Below are positions 38,701 to 52,955 of a stretch of DNA of 64,000 bases, piece by piece. How positions within the stretch are numbered: the first letter of the stretch is position 1; the number at the start of each line of letters is the position of its first letter. Source of the DNA: Antedon mediterranea (lineage: Eukaryota; Animalia; Echinodermata); NCBI RefSeq assembly GCF_964355755.1, contig NC_092678.1, positions 15,667,881-15,731,880 on the forward strand. The letters run 5' to 3'. The notes beneath the pieces are model-generated. The model made no database searches and was not told where the DNA came from. It saw only the letters and a list, made by a program, of their open reading frames with translations. The position numbers were made by a program, and so were the translations under genes.

Positions 38701-41134
38701 CGAGATAGGCTGCTTTTAGAAAGTGGATGCTGATCAGAGAAGTTGCATACATTTAGACACATGTTTCTAAAACATATTAATTCTACATTAGCTGCACCGA
38801 GGGAATTTTAGTTACTACATAAGCTGTTGACCGTTCTACATTAGCTGGTGTTGATTTTGGTATTTACTACAAGATGTTGGTGTTTCTACATTAGTGAAGG
38901 TTTAACTACATAATAGCGGTGTATTTTCTACATAGTGGTTGTAACACTACTGCCTGTTTTATTTGTATAAAGTACATCGGTAATCGATTTAATTCATTCA
39001 AAATGTTGCTATTTCTAGCATCGATAACTTGCATTAACCAAAAAATTAATATAAACCTTAATGAACTGTTTTGCGGTAACTGATCAATCCATATAATGAC
39101 ATTATTTACAATTTATTATTTTGGCTAATTTATTTTTTTATAGATATTAATAGGCATAACGATGGATGAGTGAGATGCTTTACGTAATTTGCGTACAGTA
39201 AGTTTACATGATTCATGGGTTGAATATGGTATTCATACATTCATATCATATTTTTCATATTTATACAAATAAAACAATTTTATCAAAACGTTGAGATTAA
39301 AATTAAATAGTATAAAATGGAAGGAGGCTTTTATAATATTACTTTGTATGGCATGATTACTTTTTACATCGATTTGTTTTGAATCACCTGGATGTGTTAC
39401 ATATTATCATTAGGCCTAATGACGGGTAAGAAGAAGTGTTTTCATGTAGGTATATGGATTGTGTTTTTTTTTCATTATACAAAGGTAACCAAGAAGACTG
39501 CGATACATAGTCCTTATAGTGCGTGTGTTTGTTGAGGATCGGCCGCACCGGATACTGCACCTTTCATTATCAGCCAAAATTATAAATCTTTAACCATGGA
39601 CATAATATAATACTTAGGTCCATGCTTTAACCAAGGCAATCGTGCTCAGTGTGTGTGGATGTTGTGCTCATCTGCTAGCTAAAACATTAGCTCAAACGGT
39701 ATGTATAGGTTTACAGTAATTAGCTTTCTTTACCATAGGCTCGGTCAATTGTGATTGAGTGAACTTGGTGATATCACACAGCTAAACAACACAGGAATGC
39801 AGTATGTTAGGATCATGTGCCTAAATCCAAAGTTCTTATAACAAAAAAAAAAAGACGTTGTTTAGGAGAGCATCTAATTAGTGTATACATATTGGACGGG
39901 GTTGCGAACGAGTATCACTTATCTTTTAAAATTTGCCTAAATAAAAAGTAAGGCATAGGGTATTATCTTAATCTATTCTTTTAAATATGGTTAACCAATT
40001 AGATATCAATGCAGTGTTTCCCTACGGCTAAACACACAGGAATGTATGCGAGCCGTGTTTTTTAAATCAGTTTTATTTTAGGCCTAAATATTTTCACTCA
40101 AAACATGCGTGTCAATAAAACAAATTCAAATAAGATTCTTTTTGTTTATTAAATATTTTGTAAACTATCCCACAAAGCAGTTTTATTATTAATAGTAACA
40201 TATTGACTGAAATTGTAACCATTGTAAGCCTCTACAATGTATATAAATAAAACAAAACCTTTGACTTTATCACATAATTAATCTTTCTGAAACAAAAACC
40301 ATTGCTTTATATTTACTTAACATAATAATTGCTGCTATGCTAATTTTCTTGGATAATTTGGTATTAAATTTAAATTGACTTTAATTCAACTAAACACACA
40401 ACGTTTGCGATACTTGCAGGTAAATGACATTTTTATATATTTTTAATTTAAAGGAAAACTTGACTTGACATATTTTAACAACGAATGTTTACATGATTTC
40501 AGAACCATTGCGAAATTATGGATATCACCGCACGCGCTTGCCCTACAGCCATCGCCGTAAATTGCTGTGACGTCACAGGTGCATCGCAAAATTTACGTAA
40601 TGAGTTTTCTGGGAAAGTCTGGCAAATCGCGAAAATTTATAGTAAACACACTTTGTAAATAAATCGTAAAAATATAAATGTTGATTTTTTTTATTGTTTT
40701 TTTTTTGCTTATCTGGACTCATTAAGTAGATTTTTCACGGACCTATAGTCCTACAATAAAGATAAATATAATGTATAGGTACATGTTTATACAAAGGATC
40801 CTGTTGCATCATTCCTCGCGTATTTATTATAAAAGTCACATTGAATTCAAAACATATGGAATATCGGTTTTGGGCCTATACACACAGTGTGTGCGCGAGA
40901 TACATTCAGGTTCGGTCAAGCAGACGAACAATAGGAAAGAGAGATTAAGGAAAGAAGAACGATAAAGAAAATACAAATGTTCTATGTTAATAGCTTTTTC
41001 TTGATAATAGCTTTTTATAATAATAATTAGGATATTTAGAATGATTTATTTATTATTCTTTCTGAATCATATATAATATGTAGAGGATATAACACTGGAG
41101 TAATGACATAAACCCGGTCTACGAATGCCGTTAA

Positions 41135-41313
41135 AGCTTGGTTTCCACTAGAACGTAACGCAAGGACGTAAACGCAACGCAAGCGTTTTAACCAATGACA
41201 AGCAAAGTTATAGACAGTTAGCAATCACAAGCGAATAAGCCATCGCTTGTGATTGGTCAATTCACTTGCGTTGCGTTACGTCCTTGCGTTGCGTCGCTAG
41301 TGGGAACCACGCT
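41135..41313. mobile_element. About 180-bp MITE (family B, Harbinger-like termini)
   Basis: TIRs AGCTTGGTTTCCACTAG / CTAGTGGGAACCACGCT; flanks TAA and TTA (TA versus TWA duplication is ambiguous); ACGCA motifs; copies at 44270-45138 and decayed ones near 7590, 28420, 28760, 50600 and 56170. Confidence 0.85.
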
Positions 41314-42218
41314 TTACTTGTTCAGCCAGTCCAGGTTTTACAATACACACATAATGTGGTACTCTAAATCTTTCATTTAGATGGATGGCCATGTGTGAGC
41401 GCCTTACCTTTTCCCAAAAATATACTTTTCTGTCGTTTACTTCAAAATAATTGCGACACACAACAATCGGTAGAAAGACTGGACATAGGAAAAATAATGG
41501 CCTAATTAAACCTGTTTAATCATCATTATTATGTACGTATAGTTCCAAGTCAATGAAAAAAAAAAAAAACATAATATATAGTAAGCCAACGAGTTAACAA
41601 CTACAAGCTACAATGATATAACATGGTTTTGACCTTGAAGTATCGCAAATAACAAATATCGTCTTGAACTACGTACATTAATTAAACCAACGAGTTGACA
41701 TGCAAATATCGCGCGCACAAGCAGCAAATTGTGATAATCCAACGCGTTAATGACAACACTATCAACAGACGTATCGTGAACACACAATATTATTGAAACA
41801 ACTCATTTGTATATAAATACATTAACATTAACTCAATCAAAATTGTTGGGCATAGCAATTTTTTTTTTTACATTTGTGGGCGCTGTTTTTACATTTGTAG
41901 GCCTAGTGTTTTCACATTTGTAGGTGATGCGTTTTCACATTTGTGGTTGTTTTCACATTTGTGGGCGGTACGTTTTCACATTTGTTGGCGTTTTCACATG
42001 GGTTCAAAAAGGGTGCAACAGATGTGCCTATTTGGATTAGGCCTAATCCTTCTGAAACTGAAGGAATACACAATTTCTATCCAACTCTAACAACAAACCC
42101 TTGTGGTCATATGGTCGACTGCATAAAGCCTCTAGTTTGAAAAAATAGTGCGATGTGCCCAAATAAGGTAGTCACATTGTTTTGTCACACAATGTTTGAT
42201 AGTGTAGACCGAGCTTAA

Positions 42219-42762
42219 ATGTATTGTCCCTTTGACAAATTCAACAAAAATGTTTTTTTAAATATTTCGAAAAAAAGTGGGTCATTTTGAAGTATCATTA
42301 TATAGTTATTAACTTTCACCAAAAATTACTCCAAAAAAAATAATTTAACCGAAATACAGACGTTTTTTTGTTCAAAAAATAACTTTGACTTCCAGTCAAA
42401 GTTTTTGATCAAAACATATCTCATAATGCAACGCGCTTGTTTGGCTACTCTGTATGCATAATCATAAAACTTCTTTGCGATCTGTGTAAAAACACCTTCT
42501 CAACTGCGACGAGTTGTAAACAATCCTAATTATCATCATGCATAATGCATACTAATGGTTTGGAATCTTTGTTTACTTTCGCTCGTGACGATTTTCCAGA
42601 CGAAATGTAATCAAATTAATTTACCTGTTAATTACGTAAACTTGTTGTTTTTGGCTCGAATTTTTGACATAAAGTGAATAACTTTAATATTACTTTGATA
42701 TGGCCAATTTAAATTTAGAATATTTTTTTTCATTTTTTTGTGTTTCAAGGGACAATACATCT
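42219..42762. mobile_element. Second copy of the 546-bp Kolobok-like MITE
   Basis: Colinear with 17445-17990; TTAA flanks; left terminus lacks the first AG. Confidence 0.85.
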
Positions 42763-44269
42763 TTAAGATATAGAATGGATTATCGATTTGGTTGAGATTT
42801 TTCATCTTCTCATCTTCTTTCTTCTACCGCAATTTTATTGTGACGTCAAACATCATTGTTAAGGAATTGTATCGTGTTCCTTGCATAATTACATTTTATA
42901 GCAATTATACTCATATGTACAATAGGTATGCTACACTGTAAAGACAATCAACCCGATATCATTTATTAACGATACAAAATGACAATATACTGTAGAAAAG
43001 GCCGTAGAATCATTTAGGCATAATTCGAGTTGTCAAAAATTAACTTATTTCGTCTGATTGTTTAACCGTACACGTCACATCTGTACTAAAGTCCGAACAA
43101 TGTAAATACTGAAATGTTTAAAATGATAACAGAACATGTGTTATGTGGGAGAAAGCTGTACCTTACGCGGCCAGTAACAACTCACTATTTTACTGATTCT
43201 TCTGTGTGGTCTTCACGACGTTCGGTAAGTTTTTGTATCTTGTGCTTTATAATGTAGGCCTATATTTTAATATATGTATACGGTGTAGTGTGTGGACTGT
43301 GGACTTTGTTATAATACATAAAGGAAAGCAAACCAAGTCAAACATAGGCCTATCCTAATACACGGATACTCATCTTGTTTGACCAAGACACCATAAAAGG
43401 TTTGAAATAATATTAGCGATTTTTGCTGTTTGCTTGGTAACTCCACTAGATGACCTGTGCACCTTTATCGGCCTAAACGGTAAGTTTCTATAATAGTGTA
43501 CTAGCTTTTTTTGGGCCGACTGCTAAAATGTTGTATTTGTATTACTGTGTGTAGACAAGTAATCTTCCAATATGTATCCTTATTTAAAGGTATTTACGTT
43601 CAAACAACGGTTAGTGAGCTACAAAGCATGATAATCGGTCCTCCTAAAGTACGCCTACAAACATGGCAAAATAATATGCTAATTTACACTTGACCTATTC
43701 TATTGACTTAAAACGGTGGCCGTTTATCTACAGATATTCTTACGAAATGCCACATATTCACATAATAGGCATGTTAATTAAATGGCAGTGTTAATGTGGG
43801 GAGGCTGGGTAAGATTTAGGGGAAGGGCGATCTATCCACAATGTAGGTCCTAAAGCGAAGCACTAAGCTCAGGATGGAAGATGTAGGTCTAAATAATAAT
43901 ATAGAGAGGAGACACGTTTTTTGGTGTGAAGTCCTTCCGACGCCAGTGTATAATTACTATTACTCTACATTTTATACATAAAACTGTCATGTAGGACATT
44001 TCTCTTAATGTAGTCTTTATATAGTGGAGGTGTAGGCTAGTTAAGATGCTCATCTATCGATCCCATTACCTTTAGTTCAAATCTACCATGATTTTTCTCA
44101 AAACACAACTCCAAAAGAGATTTCTTTTGGTAGAGCATCAGTCGTGGATATTCTTGGTTATCTTCCTATAATGAGATTAAATATTAAATATAATATAATA
44201 TATAATGAGATTATTAGTAATTTATGTAATACATTAGGCCTAGGCCCTATAGGAAGAAACTGTTAACCT

Positions 44270-45138
44270 TCATTCCTACTAGCACACAACACAACCTCGT
44301 AAGCGCAACGCAAGTAATTTAATTTATCACTGCATGACGAGTGATTGTTGAAGCTTGGACGCAACGCAACGACATAAGCGCATCGCAAGCAAGTTGATCA
44401 ATGGTAAAGCGTGGTTTTTAATAGAACGCAACACAATGTAAAGCTTGGTTCCCACTAGCGACGCAACGCAAGGACGTAACGCAACGTAAGCTAGTCGAAC
44501 AATCACAAGCGATGGATTATTCGAACAGTCGCTTGTGATTGGTCAACTCGCTACGGGAACCAAGCCAAAGCTAGTGGATCGGTTGCCAACAGCGACGCAA
44601 CCTACGCAACGTAAGAAATTGCCCTTCTGATGATTGTGTTTTCCCCCTCCTACGTGAAATCAAACATTCGATGTTTGCAGCACTGTTTCGTCGTCGTTTC
44701 CCACTTACGCAATACAGCACTTTGCGTCAAAAGGTCACTGCGTTACGTTGCGTCGCTAGTGGGAACCACGCTTAAGCTTGGATCCCACTAGAACGTAACG
44801 CAAGGACGTAAACGCAACGCAAGCGTTTTAACCAAATGACAAGCGAAGGTATAGACAGTAAAGCTTGGTTCCCACTAGAACGTAACGCAAGGACGTAAAC
44901 GCAACGCAAGCGTTTTAACCAATGACAAGCGAAGTTATAGACAGTTAGCAATCACAAACGAATTAGCCATCGCTTGTGATTGGTCAATTTACTTGCGTTG
45001 CGTTACGTCCTTGTGTTGCGTCGCTAGTGGGAACCACGCTTTATAGCAATCACAAGCGAATAAGCCGTCGCTTGTGATTGGTCAATTCACTTGCGTTGCG
45101 TTACGTCCTTGTGTTGCGTCGCTAGTGGGAACCACGCT
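44270..45138. mobile_element. Cluster of adjacent and self-nested family-B MITEs
   Basis: Copies near 44442-44566, 44580-44772 and 44775-45138, the last containing a full copy at 44862-45040. Confidence 0.85.
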
Positions 45139-45660
45139 TTAAGCAACAGTTCGCGGAATACATCGATGTGATTGGTCAAAATACGTTGCACGAAATCATT
45201 GCATTTTGACTACGTGTGAATTAATCTTTAAAGTACTTAAATACGTTTTACGTGTTAGTTTTTTTTTATTTGGATTCCACACAGGCAGATTCAAAAGACA
45301 GTCGAGTTAAATTTGCTGATTCTGTTCTATATAATTTGTATTAGGAATTCCACAACACCCCCCCCCCCTTGCTCAGTGTGTCCCGATTTTACATACAGGC
45401 AGACGATGACAATGTGTCGTGTACATTTCGTATTAAGACTATTGAACAGTAGCGTAGTGCTATTTACTAAATAAACAATCCTATCAGCATTATACCCATC
45501 GTCCTAAATGAATAGTAGGCCCTACTATAGCATTCCGATCAATAATTGCTTTTATTTTTTAAATAAGAATCTGTAGTATGTGCGCCTATTTCTCAAAGTC
45601 GAAGTCATTGCTCATTTCTTCAAGTCTTCTTGGATTATTCTTTTCAGATACCAGGTAATA

Positions 45661-47801
45661 ATGGCGCGAGGTGTGTTGGTTCATCGATCAAAAGATACTA
45701 TTTTTACGACATTACTGTTCGTCTGTTTAGTGAGTCTTCTATGCTTGTTTTCATTACAAAGTAGCGTTCTAAATGGCCACGAAGAAAACCTCGGAAACAA
45801 AGGAAAGTCCTTGTCTTGGACATATGGGTAAGCTTACAACGTATTCATTTATTAATAAGGTTTGGTGGATACACTGTAAAAATAGTTTCTAGATCTTAAA
45901 CACGTTTATCTTTTAAACACGAGTTACATGCTTAGCGTATTTAAACTTAAACGTGTTTATAGCTACCTCCACTCGTTTAGCAGTCAACATGTCACTATTA
46001 TGTTCAGTCAACATGTTTAGGTATGTGCTTAGCGTTGCAGGCATATGATTTTACTGTGGCGGAAAAAAGCTCCACACATGAGCCCCACACATGGCAAATT
46101 AAACACGTTTAAAACCTAAACGAGTCTTTACACATTGCTCCTCATGTTTAACCATCAACACGTCACTGATGTGTTGAGTTGGATACAGACTACATGTTTA
46201 CAATGTATATAGAACCTGATCATGTTAATATCTATCTATCTATAAATGTGTGGAAAAAGTGAGTACAAAATACATGTTTAAGATCTAAACACTATTTTTA
46301 CAGTGTAGATAATTACTAATCAATATCATACTTCATATTTCCTAAAGCACTTACAAATAAACAAATACCCATTGCTTTATACTTAGAAGTCAACCTTCGA
46401 TCGTCCCAGCTTAAATAAGTATGGAAACACGCGCATGCGTATTAAGCATTTACACAGATAGTCATCTGAATTTCTGAGTTGATTGTTACAGTTTCATCTA
46501 TTAATTACCTTCATTTTGTTTTTGCTCTTGTTAGACGAATCTTCTTTTTTTTTAGAGATGATGTTTACGTGAACCACCATCCAGACACGTTATCTACACA
46601 AACGAGGAATAACGATCGAGTCAACACGGTTATACCCAGGCCTACAGCAAAACGTGAATATTGCAACGAATCACGAAATATTGTATTTGTTAAAACTCAT
46701 AAGACAGCCAGTACAACGCTAGCATCGATTTTACAAAGATTTGGTTACACAAGAAATTTGCTATTTACACTTGGAAAACGTGGTCACGTGTTGTCGAGTA
46801 CACACTTGTTCAATCGCAAAATGATACCGTCTCTTCCGCCAAACGTAAAGCTCTTCAATAAATCTCTAACCGGCTATAACCTACTCACTAATCACGTGAG
46901 ATACAACCGGCCAGAAATGGATGCTGTCGTTCAAAATGCAAAGTATATTACGATTATTCGGGAACCTTCTGCGCACTTTGAGTCTTGTTTTGGATATTTT
47001 GAAATGGCGAAACGGTTAAAATTAACGAACTTTAGTAACCCGATTGAAATGTTCATGAAAACACCAAGTAGGTTCTTGGCAAAGAAGTTCTATATGTGGC
47101 AGAGAGCCAAAAATGGTCAATTGTATGACTTAGGCTTGGATCACGAACATCACGACGACTTCTTTACAGTCAAGTACAAAATCAAACAATTAGACTCGGA
47201 ATTCGATTTAATGTTATTGTCTGAATACTTTGACGAATCATTGATATTACTGAAAAAGTTGATGTGTTGGAGTTTTGATGATATTTTGTATATTTCGAAC
47301 GGAATACGAAGTCATAGTCATCGTTACGTCATCAACGATCAACTGCGTACTCGAATACGTAAGTGGAGCAGCGCTGACGTCATGATGTACAACCATTTCA
47401 ACAAAACATTGTGGAGGAAAGTTAAAGAATATGGAGAGACTTTTAATGCTGATCTTGCTGAATTTCGGCAAAGAGAACACCAGGCTATACAGAAATGTAT
47501 TGACGAACAGCGGACGAATAAACGGGATAGAAGGGAGGAAAAGTTTGTTTTGAAAAGAAATATGACTGGTTCTGTTTTCTGTGAAAATTTACTAAGAGGC
47601 GATGTCCAGTACACCGGCTTGATTAGACGTTTTATGCAGAAACAAGGATTGCATCCGACGTCTCCTCCAGTCAAGGACAATGTGCCTAGAGAAAAGGCAT
47701 CTCGAGGAACAAAATCTAAAAAGTCTTTACCGAAAAACCAAAAAGTTGTAAATAAAACAGAAACCAAATCAAAAGTGAATAAAGTGAATAAAAAATCTTA
47801 G
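45661..47801 (+). CDS. Galactose-3-O-sulfotransferase family (GAL3ST-like), 470-aa type II membrane protein, 2 coding exons
   Basis: Exons 45661-45827 and 46556-47801 (phase 2, GT-AG). N-terminal TM IFTTLLFVCLVSLLCLFSL; 5'-PSB NIVFVKTHKTASTT; 3'-PB YITIIREPSAHFES; FDLMLLSEYFDESLILLKKLMCW; YNHFNKTLW. Paralog not assignable. Confidence 0.93.
45872..46305. mobile_element. 434-bp MITE with CACTG termini (EnSpm/CACTA-like) in the GAL3ST intron
   Basis: TA-CACTGTAAAAATAGT..AGATCTTAAACA / TGTTTAAGATCT..ACTATTTTTACAGTG-TA. Confidence 0.8.
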
Positions 47802-48239
47802 AATTTCCAGATCATATAAGCAGTTTCTGCATTTAATTTTCTAATAAGCATCAGGTGAACTCTCGCACATCTTCCGGTTTAAATGGACAACATGCATGAA
47901 CTGTGCATGTAATTGAATACTTTGGTTAATTTAAACTGTTTACTATCGTTAATATGTGCTATTTTATACATGTTCTATTAGGGAAAACAAAACGATGCCC
48001 GGATGTCCAAAATCGATGAAAACTGAGGCTGTTTAATATTGCGTAATTTAAGATTATATGCAATTTAAACTGTGTTATCTTTATATTGATATTCTGAACG
48101 TTTACAGTTAAAGCAAAGAAAATACAGAAAGAAATATAGAATGACAAATCCTTGATTATACTTAAACAACAGAATGAAGGAGTTTTAAATAATCATCCAT
48201 GGTAATAATATGCTTTCCCACAGAGCCAAATTATAGCTT

Positions 48240-48687
48240 AGGTTTGTCATGAGTAGGGCTAGCTCCACATACGTCAAGATTGTCATGGGGTAGGGCTAGC
48301 TCCACATACGTCAGGTTTTTCATGGGTTAGGGCTAGCTCCACATACGTCAGGTTTGTCATGGGGTAGGGCTAGCTCCACATACGTCAGGTTTGTCATGGG
48401 GTAGGGCTAGCTCCGCATACGTCAGTATTGTCATGGGGTAGGGCTAGCTCTACATACGTCAGGTTTGTCATGGGTTAGGGCTAGCTCCACATACGTCAGG
48501 TTTGTCATGGGGTAGGGCTAGCTCCACATACGTCAGGTTTGTCATGGGGTAGGGCTAGCTCCGCATACGTCAGGATTGTCATGGGGTAGGGCTAGCTCTA
48601 CATACGTCAGGTTTGTCATAGGGTAAGGCTAGCTCCACATACGTCAGGTTTGTCATGGGGTAAGGCTAGCTCCGCATACGTCAGGAT
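48240..48687. repeat. 37-bp minisatellite x12 (AGGTTTGTCATGGGGTAGGGCTAGCTCCACATACGTC)
   Basis: Direct head-to-tail units with few substitutions and no spacers. Confidence 0.97.
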
Positions 48688-49239
48688 TTATAGATAAACT
48701 GTACAAAAGTTTGAACACAAAAAAAATAAAATATTATAATTTCAGTTTATGTAATGGGACGTTTTGTAATGTTTGTATTTAATTTATAAAGTATACTATA
48801 CTATCCCGGTCGCTGTTATTGATTCTCAAATTTCTAATGCAAAACTCGCGAATTGCTCATTCTTCAGATAATGATATTCTTTTGGTTACTGTGATTTAAG
48901 TTAGACAACTTGTAAAAATGTTATTTAATAATTATTGTAGTTTTAATTTTTTGAAATTCCAGTTGTATTTTCTTTCACTGTTAGATAATTTTCATTCCAA
49001 TAATGTATATGTTTAAGTTAACGAATGGGCTCGGCCTTTTCTGTAAATCCCGGATGATACATAGAACGCCATAGTTAAGTATGGAACGCCATAGTTAAGT
49101 AAATAACAACCCTTTTAGAGAGGTATCTATAGAGACTAATACAATATTTATACATTTGTTAAGTCTATTATTTCAACGGTAAAGTTGATAAGCTAAATTC
49201 TGTGTATTTTGATAACGGTCATGGTTAACTCCATTTTCT

Positions 49240-49460
49240 TAGCGTTTGGGCGGGCCAGACTTAGTTTAGTGTGCGTACCGGGTACGGCACTTCTTCTTCA
49301 CAAACGACTTAGCTGTACCGTTGTACATGCATACCGGTACCCATTTCTGTCAACTGAGTTGGGAGGAGCAAGTTGGATACAGATTCTTGCTCAAGAACCC
49401 GGTAAACCGATGACCGGATCGGAGCTTGGACCAAAATTCCTCCAACCATTGCGCCACAAA
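49240..49460 (-). mobile_element. Decayed tRNA-derived SINE fragment
   Basis: GGTACCCATTT..CTGAGTTGGGAGGAGC..TCTTGCTCAAGAAC resembles the reverse strand of common invertebrate SINE cores; recalled similarity only. Confidence 0.45.
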
Positions 49461-51899
49461 ATACAGTGCAATGGTACAAATAATTGTATAAGGTTACAAT
49501 AGAATCATTTATTTTTCACCGTCATTTGGGTATTATGAGTACCATTGAATGGACGAATATAAAACATTTGTGTTTATAAATCACCTACTTTTAACAAGAG
49601 GCCTAAACAATTCGATAAGGACAGTACTATACGTACTTTTGGATACGGAGTAGAGCAATCAACACACCGGGTGTGTTAACATAACAATCAACTATACAGA
49701 AAGATTTTGAACAGCCTTGTGTCGAGAACATTATTATAACGAAATTCAACGGTATAGCGATATCCAACGATGACATACAAAATTGTACGATTGATGATGT
49801 AATTGTCTTGAAGTTGTTTGCATGTGACCGACAACTCTCCAATCAAATTACAAGAATCTACTAGGTGTGTTTTAATAATATTAAACGATTATTATAAAGA
49901 TACACTATCACTTATAACAAAGTTATCATTATTTCAAATATTGAGTCGGGCTGAAATTAAAATAATACAATATAAGGTTTTGTCAAATTTCAGGATTTTC
50001 CACATTTCCCAACCACAACACTCGTTCATTCACGAGGTCACATTTATCCCTAATAACTAATAACTATTGTGTACATTATGCATTAATTTTAATGATATGC
50101 AAGAAAAGTTACCACCGGAACGAGCAGAAAACTTGGTTACTTCATTATTTTAATCAGGTGAAATATAAACATATTTGACATAGTTATATCACAGGGCTTA
50201 ATTGAAGTGAGTCATCAGGAAGTCATATACAATAGCCTATTGTTTCAATTAGATAAATTATTTGGATCTGCAATTTTAGTAAGAACTTTTTCCTATGTCT
50301 GCAAGTTGAAATTAACTCGTTCTTACGGTTTAGTGAGCATAGCTCTGGTTGACATATAATAATATACTTGTCATTACATAAATTACATCTTTTGTTAATA
50401 TTTGAGTAAGGTTTGCATTTCTTTATAATTTTCCATTAAATTGAGTTGTTTTAGAGCCTTTAAGTGTCCATATATGTTTACTGAGTTCCGTTGAGTTAAT
50501 AACCGAACTAACTGAAAACCAGTTTAAAACCAGATACATACGTCTTCATTCCGAAACGAACAACTAAGAAACACAACACAATTAGGAAGTAAACACAACG
50601 TAAGCGAGTTAAACAATCACACACGACAGTTGGAATAATACATCGCTTGTGATTGGGCGCTAACGTTGCGCTCTGTGCATTGCGTCTCTCTGGTGAAACC
50701 AATCGTTAGCATTATACCAAATATGCAGTAATACTTTTTTTCACAGAATCTTCACCAGACTATACATTGATACGGTACTCATAATCAATCATGATAAAGC
50801 TAACAAAATTACAGACCGGAGTTGATGTAATTATATTTTTTCTGTTGAGGGCCCCGTTGTGTACAGAAAACCCCATGGCCTATATGAACAAATAATGTCC
50901 ATTACTCCCATGATGCTATAATATAATTGGATCTGTTCACCAACCCTATTGAAATTATATTATTACATTAAATAAAATAAAAACTCATATGGTATATTTA
51001 TAACAATAAGGTTCACAAAAAATGATATGAAGTATATGAAATAAGTATTTAACCTGTTAAAGTTCTTTTTCTGGTTTTTTTCTAAGGAAATAATTAGATG
51101 AGAATAAACGCGGTCACTTATAGTCGACCTACCACAATGTACACAGCAAGGAAGAAATAATATCAACCAAGTTTATATCATATCGTTTGGCTATGCGTCA
51201 TAATCCGATATATTTTGGTACCAACAAATTTAAACTAACGATAGAGGCCATGTGTCAATTATCATTACATTCTTTTATAAATATCCACTATGATAATGTA
51301 TATCTTATCACCCAAACAAATCTTGAACCATGTTTCTGTTCATGTTAACACATTCGTTATATGCCTACAGTATTATCAATTAACACTTAGTTAGCGCACA
51401 TTTCTATGAAAAGCACATAATCAGATACTGTCTCAACATTGGTTGAATTAAAAAGTCCTTTTTTACAGTTTTTAAATTATTAATTACATTATAGTTATCC
51501 GGCAAATTGTAACTGAAAACGAACGGTCAACAGATGTCTTCGCATAACATCCGTTGCACTGCAAAACCGACTCTCTAGAAAAAGAAGCCTAAACTATCTT
51601 AAAAAGAAGTCAGATAATCATAGGGGCTTTATTCCAATGGGCTTCCCTTCAAGATTACCTTTTCAGACTAAGGAGAGACTTCATTTTAATGTGTTCTTTT
51701 TTTCGAAGTATGCTTCTTTACGAGGTCGGCTTATTTTTTTAGAAATTCGTTTTCTTTCGTATAAAGGAATTTCATCAGTGGGGATCAATATGTTAAACAA
51801 ATAGTATTTGTTTTATATGGCCTATGAAATATTCAAATTAATAACTTTATCTTTATAATAATTACTGAAAAGCGAACATTAATTATAATAATAATCAGT

Positions 51900-52920
51900 A
51901 TTTATCTATCAAATTTTACATAAAACTAATACAATCCACCTAACTACATCGATAAACGAATATGTTATATTAATGAAATAAGTCAACATCAATTGAAATA
52001 AAAACTACATTTTATCTACCAAATCTTACATAAAACTAATACAATCCACCAAACTACAATGATAAATATATATGTTATATTAATGAAATAAGCCAACATC
52101 AATTGAAATAAAACTACATTTTATCTACTAAATCTGACATAACACGAATACAATCGACCAAATTACATCGATAAATGAATATGTTATATTAATGAAATAA
52201 GCCAACATCAATTGAAATAATAACTATATTTTATCTACCAAATCTTACATAAAACTAATACAATCCACCAAACTACATCGATAAATGTATATGTTATATT
52301 AATGAAATAAGCCAACATCAATTGAAATAAATAATATATTTTATCTACCAAATCTTACATAAAACTAATACAATCCATCAAACTACATCGATAAATGTAT
52401 ATGTTATATTAATGAAATAAGCCAACATCAATTGAAATAAATACTATATTTTATCTACCAAATCTTACATAAAACTAATACAATCCGCCAAACTACATCG
52501 ATAAATGAATATGTTATATTAATGAAATAAGCCAACATCAATTGAAATAAATACTACATTTTATCTACCAAATCTTACATAAAACAAATACAATCCACCG
52601 AACTACATCGATAAATGTATATTTTATATTAATGAAATAAGCCAACATCAATTGAAATAAATACTACATTTTATCTACTAAATCTTACATAACACTAATA
52701 CAATCCACCAAACTACATCGATAAATGTATAGGTTATATTAATGAAATAAGCCAACATCAATTGAAATAAATACTACATTTTATCTACCAAATCTTACAT
52801 AAAACATATCTTACATAAAACAATACATTCGACCTTCTGTACATCATTAAATGTCAATGTTATATTAATGAAAAAGCCAACATATACACTGAAATAAAAC
52901 AACATCTTATCTACCAAATT
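51900..52920. repeat. About 110-bp AT-rich tandem repeat x~9, with a second block x~4 at 53695-54105
   Basis: Unit ATCTACCAAATCTTACATAAAACTAATACAATCCACCAAACTACATCGATAAATG..GCCAACATCAATTGAAATAA. Confidence 0.95.
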
Positions 52921-52955
52921 GACTAAACTACACTGTACATCGATAAGTGACTATA

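Noticed and set aside
38630-38950. GAGAGGTGGTCG and CTACATTAG motif clusters, and TTTCACATTTGT repeats at 41865-42020
   Set aside because: Probably decayed MITE interiors; termini and TSDs could not be defined.
49627-51576. Candidate terminal exons for the GPCR cytoplasmic tail
   Set aside because: Plausible acceptors exist (for example near 51575), but there is no conserved motif to choose among them without transcript data.
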